Below are positions 18,455-26,725 of a stretch of 64,000 nt of DNA, one piece after another. Source of the DNA: Acidilobaceae archaeon (GTDB lineage: Archaea; Thermoproteota; Thermoprotei_A; Sulfolobales; Acidilobaceae); contig JAWBBK010000006.1 in assembly GCA_038824665.1 (NCBI GenBank), positions 11,306 to 75,305 of the forward strand. Reading direction: 5' to 3'. A program made the translations under genes and the position numbers. Position 1 is the first letter of the stretch, and every line of letters starts with the position of its first letter. A model generated the notes under the pieces. That model was not told the DNA's origin. It saw nothing but the letters and a program-made list of their open reading frames with translations, and searched no databases.

Positions 18455-19699
18455 TCAGGAAAGTCTGAAGAGCTGCACATTAAGACCTGCAAGTTCTCCA
18501 GCCAGCGAGACTTCATCAACCACGTTTGAAAATACAACTACGTAGTGACCTTCAATAGGATCTTCTCTAATCTCTTTAATCGCTTGAGGAGACACATGAA
18601 ATCTAACTTGAGTTCTACACTTCTTACCGCTAAACGATCTTCTTGAAACCCGAGCCTCTATGACTCTCCAAAGAGAACGCAAGGGGTCGTAAGAAACTAT
18701 GGTCGCTGGTAGACCCTCTTCTACAACACCTTCTATGGAAGTCGCTTTTCCTGACTCAAAATGTGTTGTCAGTCTGTACGATTTCACAACGCTTCTAGAT
18801 ACTACGCAGTGAGAAAGTTCAACCTCATCTTCCTGTAGTCCCGAAACGTTCCCAATCCACGGATCTAAGCCTGAGATCTCTTTTAACAACTTCATAACTA
18901 TAGATGATGAGACGTCTGCTTCACAACTGGCAATCACGCCCTCTCTTATCAGCTCTGCAACTGCTATACAACCTGTGTTGTTTAAGTCTTTAAGTAAATC
19001 GAAACATCCAATGGCTACTACTTTAGCGCTCTTCGTCTCGACCACACGCCTGATTGCCAAGTATATAGAAACTGATGTTAACAAATCATGATAGCTTATC
19101 TCAGAACTCTCAGCTCCCGCTAATAGCTCAGTAGCTTTAACCTCGCTCTCGCGAGGATCAGCGTTCGGAAGCTCTTTATAAACCGAGTCAAGCCCTAAGA
19201 CCTCTAGCTCTATCCCGAAGTGTGACCTGATAGCGTTGACTAGACCCTTTTTGATCAGACGAAGTGGGAGAGACCCCACCACTAAAATCTTTGAGCCGTA
19301 GACTTTGTTTAGCCCAGAGATTGATCTTCTAAGCGTAGAAGCAACTTTCTCGAACTCCCCCAGACTGTAAAGCTTTACGAACTTGTTCTCAGATTTCAAC
19401 ATCGAGGCAAGATTTAGGGCTGAAGCCAAAGAATTGTGTTCTTCATGATATATCAAGTAAACTCTTTCGCTTTCAGAAAAGAGGTCAAAACCTAGACTTG
19501 AGGTGCCTCCAGTTGCAATAAACACCATCGCGTTTTTAACTCTCAAAGGTTCTTTTCGAGTAGACAAAGACCCTATGTAGTAATCCTCTAGACCTGCCTC
19601 TTTTATAATATGTTCAAACTTTTCTATGTAACTCTTAACGCTCTTGTACTCATGAAGCCCACTGTATAAACTCGCTAGCTTAATTAGAGAGTAACTCAT
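18455..19699 (-). CDS. L-fucose/L-arabinose isomerase-like protein
   Basis: IATGGTS, HNSLASAL, IGCFDL, SCEADV, LSHC, THFESG and CRTQ motifs of FucI-related proteins; ATG 19699 follows GTGGGG. Confidence 0.75.
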   Translation of the reverse strand: MSYSLIKLASLYSGLHEYKSVKSYIEKFEHIIKEAGLEDYYIGSLSTRKEPLRVKNAMVFIATGGTSSLGFDLFSESERVYLIYHEEHNSLASALNLASMLKSENKFVKLYSLGEFEKVASTLRRSISGLNKVYGSKILVVGSLPLRLIKKGLVNAIRSHFGIELEVLGLDSVYKELPNADPRESEVKATELLAGAESSEISYHDLLTSVSIYLAIRRVVETKSAKVVAIGCFDLLKDLNNTGCIAVAELIREGVIASCEADVSSSIVMKLLKEISGLDPWIGNVSGLQEDEVELSHCVVSRSVVKSYRLTTHFESGKATSIEGVVEEGLPATIVSYDPLRSLWRVIEARVSRRSFSGKKCRTQVRFHVSPQAIKEIREDPIEGHYVVVFSNVVDEVSLAGELAGLNVQLFRLS

Positions 19700-19727
19700 A
19701 AAGTCTTGCCCCACTGATTTTCCTAAG

Positions 19728-19789
19728 TCTCTTGCTAAAGGTAATATAGAAGAGTTCATCTCTTGCTAAAGGTAATATAGAAGAGTTCA
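19728..19789. repeat. Perfect 31-bp tandem duplication (2 copies) next to the tRNA-His 3' end
   Basis: TCTCTTGCTAAAGGTAATATAGAAGAGTTCA at 19728-19758 and 19759-19789. Confidence 0.95.
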
Positions 19790-19796
19790 AAGATTG

Positions 19797-19874
19797 TGGG
19801 GCCCGGGCCGGGATTTGAACCCGGGACCTCCGGGTCCACAGCCCGGCGCTCTATCCAGCTGAGCTACCCGGGCC
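19797..19874 (-). tRNA. tRNA-His(GUG) with encoded G-1 and CCA, no intron
   Basis: G-GCCCGGG TA GCTC...GAGC G CCGGG CT GTG GA CCCGG AGGTC CCGGG TTCAAAT CCCGG CCCGGGC C CCA. Confidence 0.97.
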
Positions 19875-20002
19875 ACCATCCTCTAAACTAAACGTTTCCC
19901 CGAGTCTTATTTATTTAGTTACTGATGTCACCATATTAACGAAAAGTCATCACTTATGCTTTATTTAAAGTTTAAGTCTAGCATTTTATAGTGGTGACAT
20001 CT

Positions 20003-20968
20003 ATGAATAGCAGTAGAAAAACCTTCACGTTAATCGTAGCCTTAGCGATATTGGTTCTGCTCTTATCGTTCTTGTTTATAGCTACTACGACTTTGCTTTT
20101 AGGGAGTCTAGTAGAACACAAAAGGGATTATGTAGCTTTAATAAAGCTTATGGGATCCATAGACTACAGCTCTGGAGGACTGTTCCATCAGTCCGGTATA
20201 ACTCCGGACCACGTTAAGAGCTATGTAGAGCAAGTCCTCTCCGACCCTTACGCTAAGGCTGTAGTCATAGAGGTCAACAGTCCTGGAGGAACTACTGCTG
20301 CTTTTGAAGTTTATGAGTTGATAGCCAAGCTAAGTGAAGAGAGAGTGGTAGTTGTATACATAACAGGTTACGGAACTTCAGGAGGCTATTTAATATCTCT
20401 TCCAGCTCATGCCATAGTAGCACATCCAACGGCTCTTGTAGGGTCAGTTGGAGCAATATCCGTTCTAATAAGCTTCTCAGGGCTCATGAACAATCTGGGA
20501 ATAAATGTAGAGATAATAGCCAGCGGCGACTTAAAAGATGTGGCGTCTCCTTTCAGAAATATAACGAGTAAAGACATAGAATTCCTGTCCCGTATCGTAA
20601 ATGATGTAGCCTTGTATTTCTCCTCTCTGGTTAAAGAGAGGAGAGGAGACAAAATAATCTATTGGAACGAAGTTCTAAGAGGTGGAGCCTACTTAGCTAC
20701 TGAAGCCAAGAGGTTAGGCCTTGTAGATTACGTGGGTACTCTAGATGACGCCATAGAGATTGCGAAGGAGTTAGCTGGATTGCCCAAAGATGCTCCAGTA
20801 AGAGAGTTCAGGAAACCCCTTTCGCTTTTAGAGCTGTTCTTAGGGTCTTCGCATTCTAATTTCATGAGTTCTAAAAACAATATTAAGAGTTTTGAAGTTT
20901 TGGTAATGTGGCCTCTTTCGATAGAGATACCTGAGGCAGTTATTATAACACAGTTCCCACAAACCTAA
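20003..20968 (+). CDS. sppA: Signal peptide peptidase SppA (S49)
   Basis: N-terminal TM, VNSPGG, GTSGGYLIS (catalytic Ser), GSVGAI, SGDLKD (Lys), LGLVDYVG. Confidence 0.93.
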   Translation: MNSSRKTFTLIVALAILVLLLSFLFIATTTLLLGSLVEHKRDYVALIKLMGSIDYSSGGLFHQSGITPDHVKSYVEQVLSDPYAKAVVIEVNSPGGTTAAFEVYELIAKLSEERVVVVYITGYGTSGGYLISLPAHAIVAHPTALVGSVGAISVLISFSGLMNNLGINVEIIASGDLKDVASPFRNITSKDIEFLSRIVNDVALYFSSLVKERRGDKIIYWNEVLRGGAYLATEAKRLGLVDYVGTLDDAIEIAKELAGLPKDAPVREFRKPLSLLELFLGSSHSNFMSSKNNIKSFEVLVMWPLSIEIPEAVIITQFPQT

Positions 20969-22158
20969 TGCAACAAATCTAAGATGATAACGTGAGCTAT
21001 GAAGAAGCCTTCTGACTCAGAGATATGCGGATAGAGTCTGCATACGTCTGGTCTTGAAGAGTAATAGCCTGGCTTACAGAGTGGTGAGCGAGGAGGTTTG
21101 AACTCAACTCTGTAGACTCCCGCTATGCTCTTCATATGAGCTTCTCCTTCATCGGGCATTATCGAGCAGACGGCGTAGATAAACTCTTTAGTTTGTCCTA
21201 GAATATTCAATAAAATCTCGCGTTGTATCTTAGCATAATACTCTACTTTTCCGCGCGTGAGCGTCAGTCTAAGGCCTGGGTCTTTAGATAAAGCTCCAGA
21301 GTTGGAACAAGGAGCATCGATCAAAGACTTAGTAGCGCTTTCCACTTTGATTTTTCTCGCGTCTGCATGTTTTATCTCTATAGAGTTCTCAGGAACCTTG
21401 AGCTTTCTCATGAGACTACGCATGATCTGAAGCCTTCTATAGCTTATGTCTACAGCTATGACTTTAGCCTTCCCTTCTGTCAACATAGAAATGAGAGAGG
21501 ACTTGATCCCAGGAGCTGCACAAGCGTCTAAGATAACGTCTCCAGGCTGGGGTTCAAGTTCTTCAACGACCACAGCAGAAGCTATATCGTGTGGAATAGC
21601 TTTAAACTCTCTCACAGGCTTAAGCGACCTCACTGGTTTAGGAGTCTTCAAGATCTTTATCATATAAGGATAGTGTTTATTGACCTCGAGTTCTACTCCT
21701 TCACGCTCTAAACTTGAGACCACATTCTCCAAGCTTGCTTTAAAGAGGTTCACTCTTAGCCACCACACACGTTTATCCATAGCTTGAAAGAGTCTGATCG
21801 CCTCATCAGTCCCAATAATCGAGGAAATGCTCTCGAAGAACCACTTCCTAACCGAAGCCTTGCAATGAGGTTCTCTTAGGTACTCTTTGTCAATAAGACC
21901 TCCTTTTGAAAGCCATAGCTCAGCGAGTTCACGAGGCTTGCTTTTTGAGTTAGAAGTACATAAGAGCGAGTTGTAGTCCCTTACGAACCTCCAAGCTAGC
22001 TCGTACAAGACCTCTCTTTCGTCGGAACTCTTCGCACAAACCCCTTTACAAACTCTTTTGAACGCTACATCAATAGAAACTCTGTGTCTCAATATTTCAT
22101 GGACTACTGCCGCTAAGAGCTTAGCTCTTAAGTCTTCGCTATCTACTCTCTTGAACAA
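20965..22158 (-). CDS. RsmB/NOP2-family RNA m5C methyltransferase
   Basis: LDACAAPGIKS, IDAPCSNSG, YAVCSI, SEGFFIA. Confidence 0.9.
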   Translation of the reverse strand: MFKRVDSEDLRAKLLAAVVHEILRHRVSIDVAFKRVCKGVCAKSSDEREVLYELAWRFVRDYNSLLCTSNSKSKPRELAELWLSKGGLIDKEYLREPHCKASVRKWFFESISSIIGTDEAIRLFQAMDKRVWWLRVNLFKASLENVVSSLEREGVELEVNKHYPYMIKILKTPKPVRSLKPVREFKAIPHDIASAVVVEELEPQPGDVILDACAAPGIKSSLISMLTEGKAKVIAVDISYRRLQIMRSLMRKLKVPENSIEIKHADARKIKVESATKSLIDAPCSNSGALSKDPGLRLTLTRGKVEYYAKIQREILLNILGQTKEFIYAVCSIMPDEGEAHMKSIAGVYRVEFKPPRSPLCKPGYYSSRPDVCRLYPHISESEGFFIAHVIILDLLH

Positions 22159-22235
22159 CTAAACGCCCGCTAACACAAACTTAGAGAGTAAGCCTATAAT
22201 CCAACTATTAAAACCTCTTCATCCTCTATTTACTT

Positions 22236-22297
22236 GGGATGAAGACCGATGGGCAGTCAGAGCCGGTAGCGATGAAGAGCTACTGCAAATCCGACCC
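22236..22297 (+). ncRNA. Box C/D methylation-guide sRNA (putative)
   Basis: GGG-ATGAAGA-12 nt-CAGA-9 nt-GATGAAGA-12 nt-CCGA-CCC; TATA-like TATTAAAA at 22206-22213. Confidence 0.75.
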
Positions 22298-22777
22298 TGT
22301 AGCTATATTGGCTATCTTGTTCAGAGCTTTGTTAAAGCTAGCGGTGATAGATAGTATCACTGCATATCCTATCACTTTTGGATCAGCATTGCTGAAGCCC
22401 TCGTTCCATCCAAGCATGTCAGCAAAAAGCGCTACATCCTCTATAGACAGCTCGTCGAGTCCCTTAACAGCGGCAAGAGACTTTCTGAACAATCTGGCCA
22501 AGTTCTGCCACCCTAAAGCTTCTATTACCTCAAATATGTCCATTAAAGGATAGTTTATCAGTTTTATAGCCTCACTGTAGAGAGGTCCTCCAACTAGTTC
22601 TAGGATAGAGTCTAGATTTCTAGCCGCCACATCCATATATTTTAGTTGTTCTTCTAGTGAGGAGGTCTTAGACGCCATGTATAAGCTAAAAGCAAACATC
22701 TCAGCCTCTTCCCATTCAACAAGATGTTGGCTAGATCTGAAGCCTGTCTCTTCGAAGGAAAGAGAATCGATACTCAT
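22280..22777 (-). CDS. Hypothetical protein
   Basis: ORF with GGTG 6 nt before ATG 22777; no recognised family. Confidence 0.65.
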   Translation of the reverse strand: MSIDSLSFEETGFRSSQHLVEWEEAEMFAFSLYMASKTSSLEEQLKYMDVAARNLDSILELVGGPLYSEAIKLINYPLMDIFEVIEALGWQNLARLFRKSLAAVKGLDELSIEDVALFADMLGWNEGFSNADPKVIGYAVILSITASFNKALNKIANIATGSDLQ

Positions 22778-22802
22778 GAAATGCACCAATTAAAAGATGT
22801 TG

Positions 22803-22857
22803 GAGCTAGGGGGTAAGCTGCTCTCCCCGTGAGACGGGTTCTCCCCCTATTAAGCTC
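22803..22857. ncRNA. GC-rich intergenic stem-loop (sRNA or structured 5' leader)
   Basis: Nested pairings GAGCT/AGCTC, AGGGGG/CCCCCT and CCCGT/ACGGG in an AT-rich background. Confidence 0.5.
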
Positions 22858-22925
22858 TTCAGCTCTTCTTGTCAACTTGTTTAAGTTTTAAGCTACAGAG
22901 CAGAACAGCTGAGAGGGTGTAGCGC

Positions 22926-23306
22926 TTGAAAAAAGTGATAGAGGTCGATCTAGGTAAGTACAAGAGTGTTGAGTTAACGGTTGAAGAAGCCGAAAAGCTT
23001 CTAAAAGAGATCGTATCAACGCTAGGAGGAGAGTCTCAAGACCTAGAAGAGACGTATAGAGTCCTCAGAAACTACGATATGTTCTACGAGTTGGCTAAGA
23101 AAAAGTACAAAGACTATATAGTTCCCTCCAAAAGCCTTAACGATATGATAAAGGGCACAGTTGTGATAGATAGGATCAAGCTGATCAAAGAGGGAGAGAC
23201 GAAGAAGGTCGTGTTAACCTTCGATAGGCGGGTCAAAGAGGAAGCAATAGTGGCTACCCTTCAGAAGTTAGGCTATTTGGTTGAAGTTGTTAGAATAAAC
23301 AAATAG
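22926..23306 (+). CDS. Hypothetical protein
   Basis: 126-aa ORF, GGGTG 6 nt before TTG. Confidence 0.7.
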   Translation: MKKVIEVDLGKYKSVELTVEEAEKLLKEIVSTLGGESQDLEETYRVLRNYDMFYELAKKKYKDYIVPSKSLNDMIKGTVVIDRIKLIKEGETKKVVLTFDRRVKEEAIVATLQKLGYLVEVVRINK

Positions 23307-23332
23307 GTTCTAAGGGCTGGAAGTCTTAAGAG

Positions 23333-23749
23333 ATGGGGACGGCTTTGAGTGAGCCGAGAGGAGAGCTGGAAGAGGTAGCAGGAGTTAAGGAAGAGGAAAA
23401 AGAAACTCTGCCTACAGCAGACGAAGAAAGCGCGTTGACGGTTGAGACAGAAGCAATAATGTCTTCAGCTGAAGAAACACCTATATATGATGTAAGCAAG
23501 CCAGAACTTCTTGAAGTAATGGTAACTGCCTCGGAAATATTAGAGAAAGCGGCTTCAGGAATGATCACAATCGAAGATGCTAAAAAACTTTATGTAAAAG
23601 CCGTGTTGGAACAAATGAAGAAGTTCGTAGGAGAAGGTGTGATAGTTAAGATCAAAAAGAGAAAGAAGAAAGCCAAGGAAAGAACGAAGAAGAGAGAAAA
23701 GAAAACTAAGAAACAAGGAAAGAAGACTAAAAAAGAAAAGGCTGGTTGA
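23333..23749 (+). CDS. rpo13: Probable RNA polymerase subunit Rpo13
   Basis: Acidic N-terminus, helical core LEVMVTASEILEKAASGMITIEDAKKLY and lysine-rich tail KKTKKEKAG, as in Sulfolobales Rpo13. Confidence 0.65.
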   Translation: MGTALSEPRGELEEVAGVKEEEKETLPTADEESALTVETEAIMSSAEETPIYDVSKPELLEVMVTASEILEKAASGMITIEDAKKLYVKAVLEQMKKFVGEGVIVKIKKRKKKAKERTKKREKKTKKQGKKTKKEKAG

Positions 23750-23774
23750 AAAGAAGAGGGCAAGGATAGCTGTC

Positions 23775-25226
23775 ATGATAATAGAGAAGCTGTGGGAGTT
23801 CGGTCCGAGCTTTGCGCCTGAATGGGGTTCTGGCGGAATTTTTGGGTTAAAGTATCACAAAGGCGTTCTTTACTTCACCCTAGCCTTCGATGGAAAGTCT
23901 TTCTTCATATCTGATAGCAGAGAGTTCATATACAATTTTGAACAACTAGGTGCAGGTCCTAGCTCAGGAGGCGATACTTACAACGCTGTTGACGTAAGAG
24001 ATCACGAGATATTTTTCGGAGGCTGGGTTCATAAGCCGGTTAGATGGATAGAGAAAAGCAGAAGGAGAGTTATAGACTTCTCAAAAAAGTTCAGTCACAT
24101 CCATGTATTCAACATAAGAGAATGGAGCGTTCAACTTCTTTGGAACGAGAGCCTAAACGATCCTGAAAAGTGGTGTGGAGAAGTCACAGATATAATATAC
24201 AATCCTGTAAGGGACTCTCTTCTAATAGCTAGAGGTGACGGTTTTGAAAGACTAGGAGTGTATGAGCTAGACCTTTCGTCTAAGAAGATGTTAGCGCTGT
24301 CCAATAAGACAGCAGTAAAAGGAGCTACGGTAGGAGATACGGTTTGTTTCGACGTGAGTGGAGGCTTAGATGAAGGGGTTCTGGGTATTCAGTGTTTTGA
24401 TGTGAACAACCTGAAGAAAACCTTCGAGATCGAACTAGATGATTTCAGCAAAATATCTGTCGATGGAGGTAATGTGAGGAGGAGGGGCTCAGGTTACGCT
24501 GTATCAGCGTATTCACATTATCTACACTTCGTCAGAGGAGGTCTGCTTATAGCTAATCCTGAATGTGAAGAAATTCACTTCGTTCGTCTGCTAGACTTTG
24601 GGAACGCTAGATATTCTCAACCTACTCCTCAGAGATCTAGTGCTGTGATCGTAGGAGGAGGGGTTCTAGCTCCCTTTAGCTCCTACTCACATTCCGATAT
24701 AGCTAACCCTCTTCCATCTCTTGCCCCTTCTTTGCTCCTTTACTTAGCTCCCCCCTTAGTCAAAATCTCTGGAATTCTAGGAGCGAGAATAACATCAGGT
24801 ACGAAGTTCGGAGAAAGAATCCTTCTAGGCTACTCTACTCATCCAAACACTGTAGGTCCTCAAGCCACTTTGTTGGAATCTGGCAGACGAGGTATTCTAG
24901 CTTTACATGAAGAAAGTCTAGTCTTAGGAGGCTCTCCCCCTACGGTATTGAGATTTCGTGGTGTCGATATAGAAAAAGAGCATTTTGGAGGAGTGCCTCT
25001 CATAGGATTTAAGAAAAGACTTCTCAAGATCTCAGCAAAGAAGTTAAACAAGCTAACCATATACGAATATGATGTTGGAGTCCCCCCTCAGCTGATTTCT
25101 ATTGAATCTTATTCAATAAAGAATGATGGAAAAGAAGAAATAGACTTGAGCGGATTCGGTCCTGTAGTATCCTTCAAGCTAGAAGCTGAAGACCAGAGGC
25201 TCTCTATTCACCTGATTCTTGAGTGA
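23775..25226 (+). CDS. DUF2139-family conserved protein
   Basis: FAPEWGSGGIFGLKYHKGVLYFTLAF, SGGDTYNAV, FFGGWVH. Confidence 0.8.
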   Translation: MIIEKLWEFGPSFAPEWGSGGIFGLKYHKGVLYFTLAFDGKSFFISDSREFIYNFEQLGAGPSSGGDTYNAVDVRDHEIFFGGWVHKPVRWIEKSRRRVIDFSKKFSHIHVFNIREWSVQLLWNESLNDPEKWCGEVTDIIYNPVRDSLLIARGDGFERLGVYELDLSSKKMLALSNKTAVKGATVGDTVCFDVSGGLDEGVLGIQCFDVNNLKKTFEIELDDFSKISVDGGNVRRRGSGYAVSAYSHYLHFVRGGLLIANPECEEIHFVRLLDFGNARYSQPTPQRSSAVIVGGGVLAPFSSYSHSDIANPLPSLAPSLLLYLAPPLVKISGILGARITSGTKFGERILLGYSTHPNTVGPQATLLESGRRGILALHEESLVLGGSPPTVLRFRGVDIEKEHFGGVPLIGFKKRLLKISAKKLNKLTIYEYDVGVPPQLISIESYSIKNDGKEEIDLSGFGPVVSFKLEAEDQRLSIHLILE

Positions 25227-25282
25227 CCTTAGCACAATAGGTCTTTAACCTCCAACTCATTTCGTAAAATGGGGGTTAACAA

Positions 25283-25903
25283 ATGGTCGAATTAGAAGAG
25301 TTCTTCAAAGCCACAGCATTAGGATTAAGGGTTAAAGGCGGTGTCGTTTTAGCCACAGATAAAAGACTCACCCTAGGAGACTTTGTCGTAAGCCGCAACG
25401 CTACTAAGGTCTTCGCTATCAGAGACAACATAGCCGTAGCTTTCGCTGGGCTCTACGGAGACATAGCGGGGTTAGTTAGGATACTAGAGAACGACATCAA
25501 AGCTTACGAGGTTATAGCGGGCTCTTCTCTTTCTATAAAAGCTGTAGCTAAAAGACTCTCGACCTTACTCTATTCTTATAAAATGCTTCCCTTCATAATA
25601 GAAGCGCTTGTAGGAGGCTTAGAGAAAACAGGAGAGCCCAGGCTCTTCTCGCTGGACTCCTTGGGATCTCTCCTTGAAGAAGATTATGTGGCAATAGGCT
25701 CTGGAGCAGCGACTGCTCTCGGCCTACTTGAAAGAGAATACAGAAATGATCTAACTTTAGAAGAAGCAGAGAAGCTAGCTATAGCTGCCGTTAGAACTGC
25801 CATAAGTAGAGACGCCGGTAGCGGAGATGGCATTGATGTAGTCACCATAACCCCTCAAGGAGTTAAGAGGAGGAGTCTGACCTTGAGGCTCGTCGAGTCT
25901 TGA
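25283..25903 (+). CDS. psmB: Proteasome beta subunit (probably non-catalytic type)
   Basis: GVVLATDKRLT, AGLYGD, AIGSGA, ISRDAGSGDGIDV; N-terminal KATALG instead of GTTTVG. Confidence 0.92.
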   Translation: MVELEEFFKATALGLRVKGGVVLATDKRLTLGDFVVSRNATKVFAIRDNIAVAFAGLYGDIAGLVRILENDIKAYEVIAGSSLSIKAVAKRLSTLLYSYKMLPFIIEALVGGLEKTGEPRLFSLDSLGSLLEEDYVAIGSGAATALGLLEREYRNDLTLEEAEKLAIAAVRTAISRDAGSGDGIDVVTITPQGVKRRSLTLRLVES

Positions 25904-26625
25904 TAGCATGCGAGCATATAGTCTCTCGGTTTAGACGCGATATAGCTATAAAAGCTCAAACTCTATTGGCTTCAAGAGTTGTTCTTGAAGACCATATAGG
26001 CGATATAAGAGAAGTTGCAGGACTAGACGTCGCTTATGTGAAGCTAGAAAACGTAGAACTTGGAATAGGAGTAGCATCTCTTATAGACTGGGTTAGCTTA
26101 GAACATAAAGCCAGTTTTTACGTTATAAAGCCTATTTGCGTTCCCTACATCCCTGGTCTTCTAGCTTTTAGAGAAATGGAGGTGCTAACTCCTCTATTGC
26201 TTGAAATCGAGAATAGAGCTGACCTATTCGTAGTCGATGGTCATGGAATTGCGCACCCAAGATTTTTTGGAATAGCTTCTCACTTAGGATTGGTGTTTGA
26301 TAAACCGAGTATAGGTGTAGCTAAGCACAAGCTTGTGGGGTTAGTTAAAGAACAGGGAGATAAGAAGGTTCTCATTTATGAAGGTAAAATCGTTGCTGAG
26401 ATCTTGGACAAAGATGGAATTACTCTTTTCGTGAGTCCTGGTCATAAAGTCTCTCTAGAAACGGCTACAAAGCTGATCAAGAGGATGAATCTTAGCCCTG
26501 GTGAATTACCGGAGCCCACGCGTTTAGCTGACGCACTTTCTAAACAGATTAAGGCGAGAATTCAGAGAAACAAAGCACTTGACCAATTGACCCTAAACAA
26601 AATCATTAAGATCAAGACTCTTTAA
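25900..26625 (+). CDS. nfi: Endonuclease V
   Basis: GLDVAY, PYIPGLLAFRE, VDGHGIAHPRFFGIASH, PSIGVAK, FVSPGH, PEPTRLAD. Confidence 0.95.
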   Translation: MIACEHIVSRFRRDIAIKAQTLLASRVVLEDHIGDIREVAGLDVAYVKLENVELGIGVASLIDWVSLEHKASFYVIKPICVPYIPGLLAFREMEVLTPLLLEIENRADLFVVDGHGIAHPRFFGIASHLGLVFDKPSIGVAKHKLVGLVKEQGDKKVLIYEGKIVAEILDKDGITLFVSPGHKVSLETATKLIKRMNLSPGELPEPTRLADALSKQIKARIQRNKALDQLTLNKIIKIKTL

Positions 26626-26640
26626 TAAACCAGTATCGAA

Positions 26641-26666
26641 CTATATATTTTAAATAAAGTGTATAG
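26641..26666. promoter_or_regulatory. Imperfect inverted repeat upstream of pstS (candidate operator)
   Basis: CTATATATTTT-aaat-AAAGTGTATAG, 9 of 11 positions complementary. Confidence 0.35.
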
Positions 26667-26725
26667 AGATTTCTTAACATGTCTTTTCTTCAAATATGTG
26701 AAAATATAATAGGAAACGTGGTCTC

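Noticed and set aside
19728-19789. Possible mini-CRISPR array
   Set aside because: The two 31-bp copies abut with no spacer, and no leader or cas genes are present
22803-22857. Archaeal SECIS-like GAA-CCC...GGG motif on the minus strand
   Set aside because: The 3' side of the internal loop is 12 nt instead of a single A, no in-frame UGA gene is evident nearby, and selenocysteine is not established in this lineage
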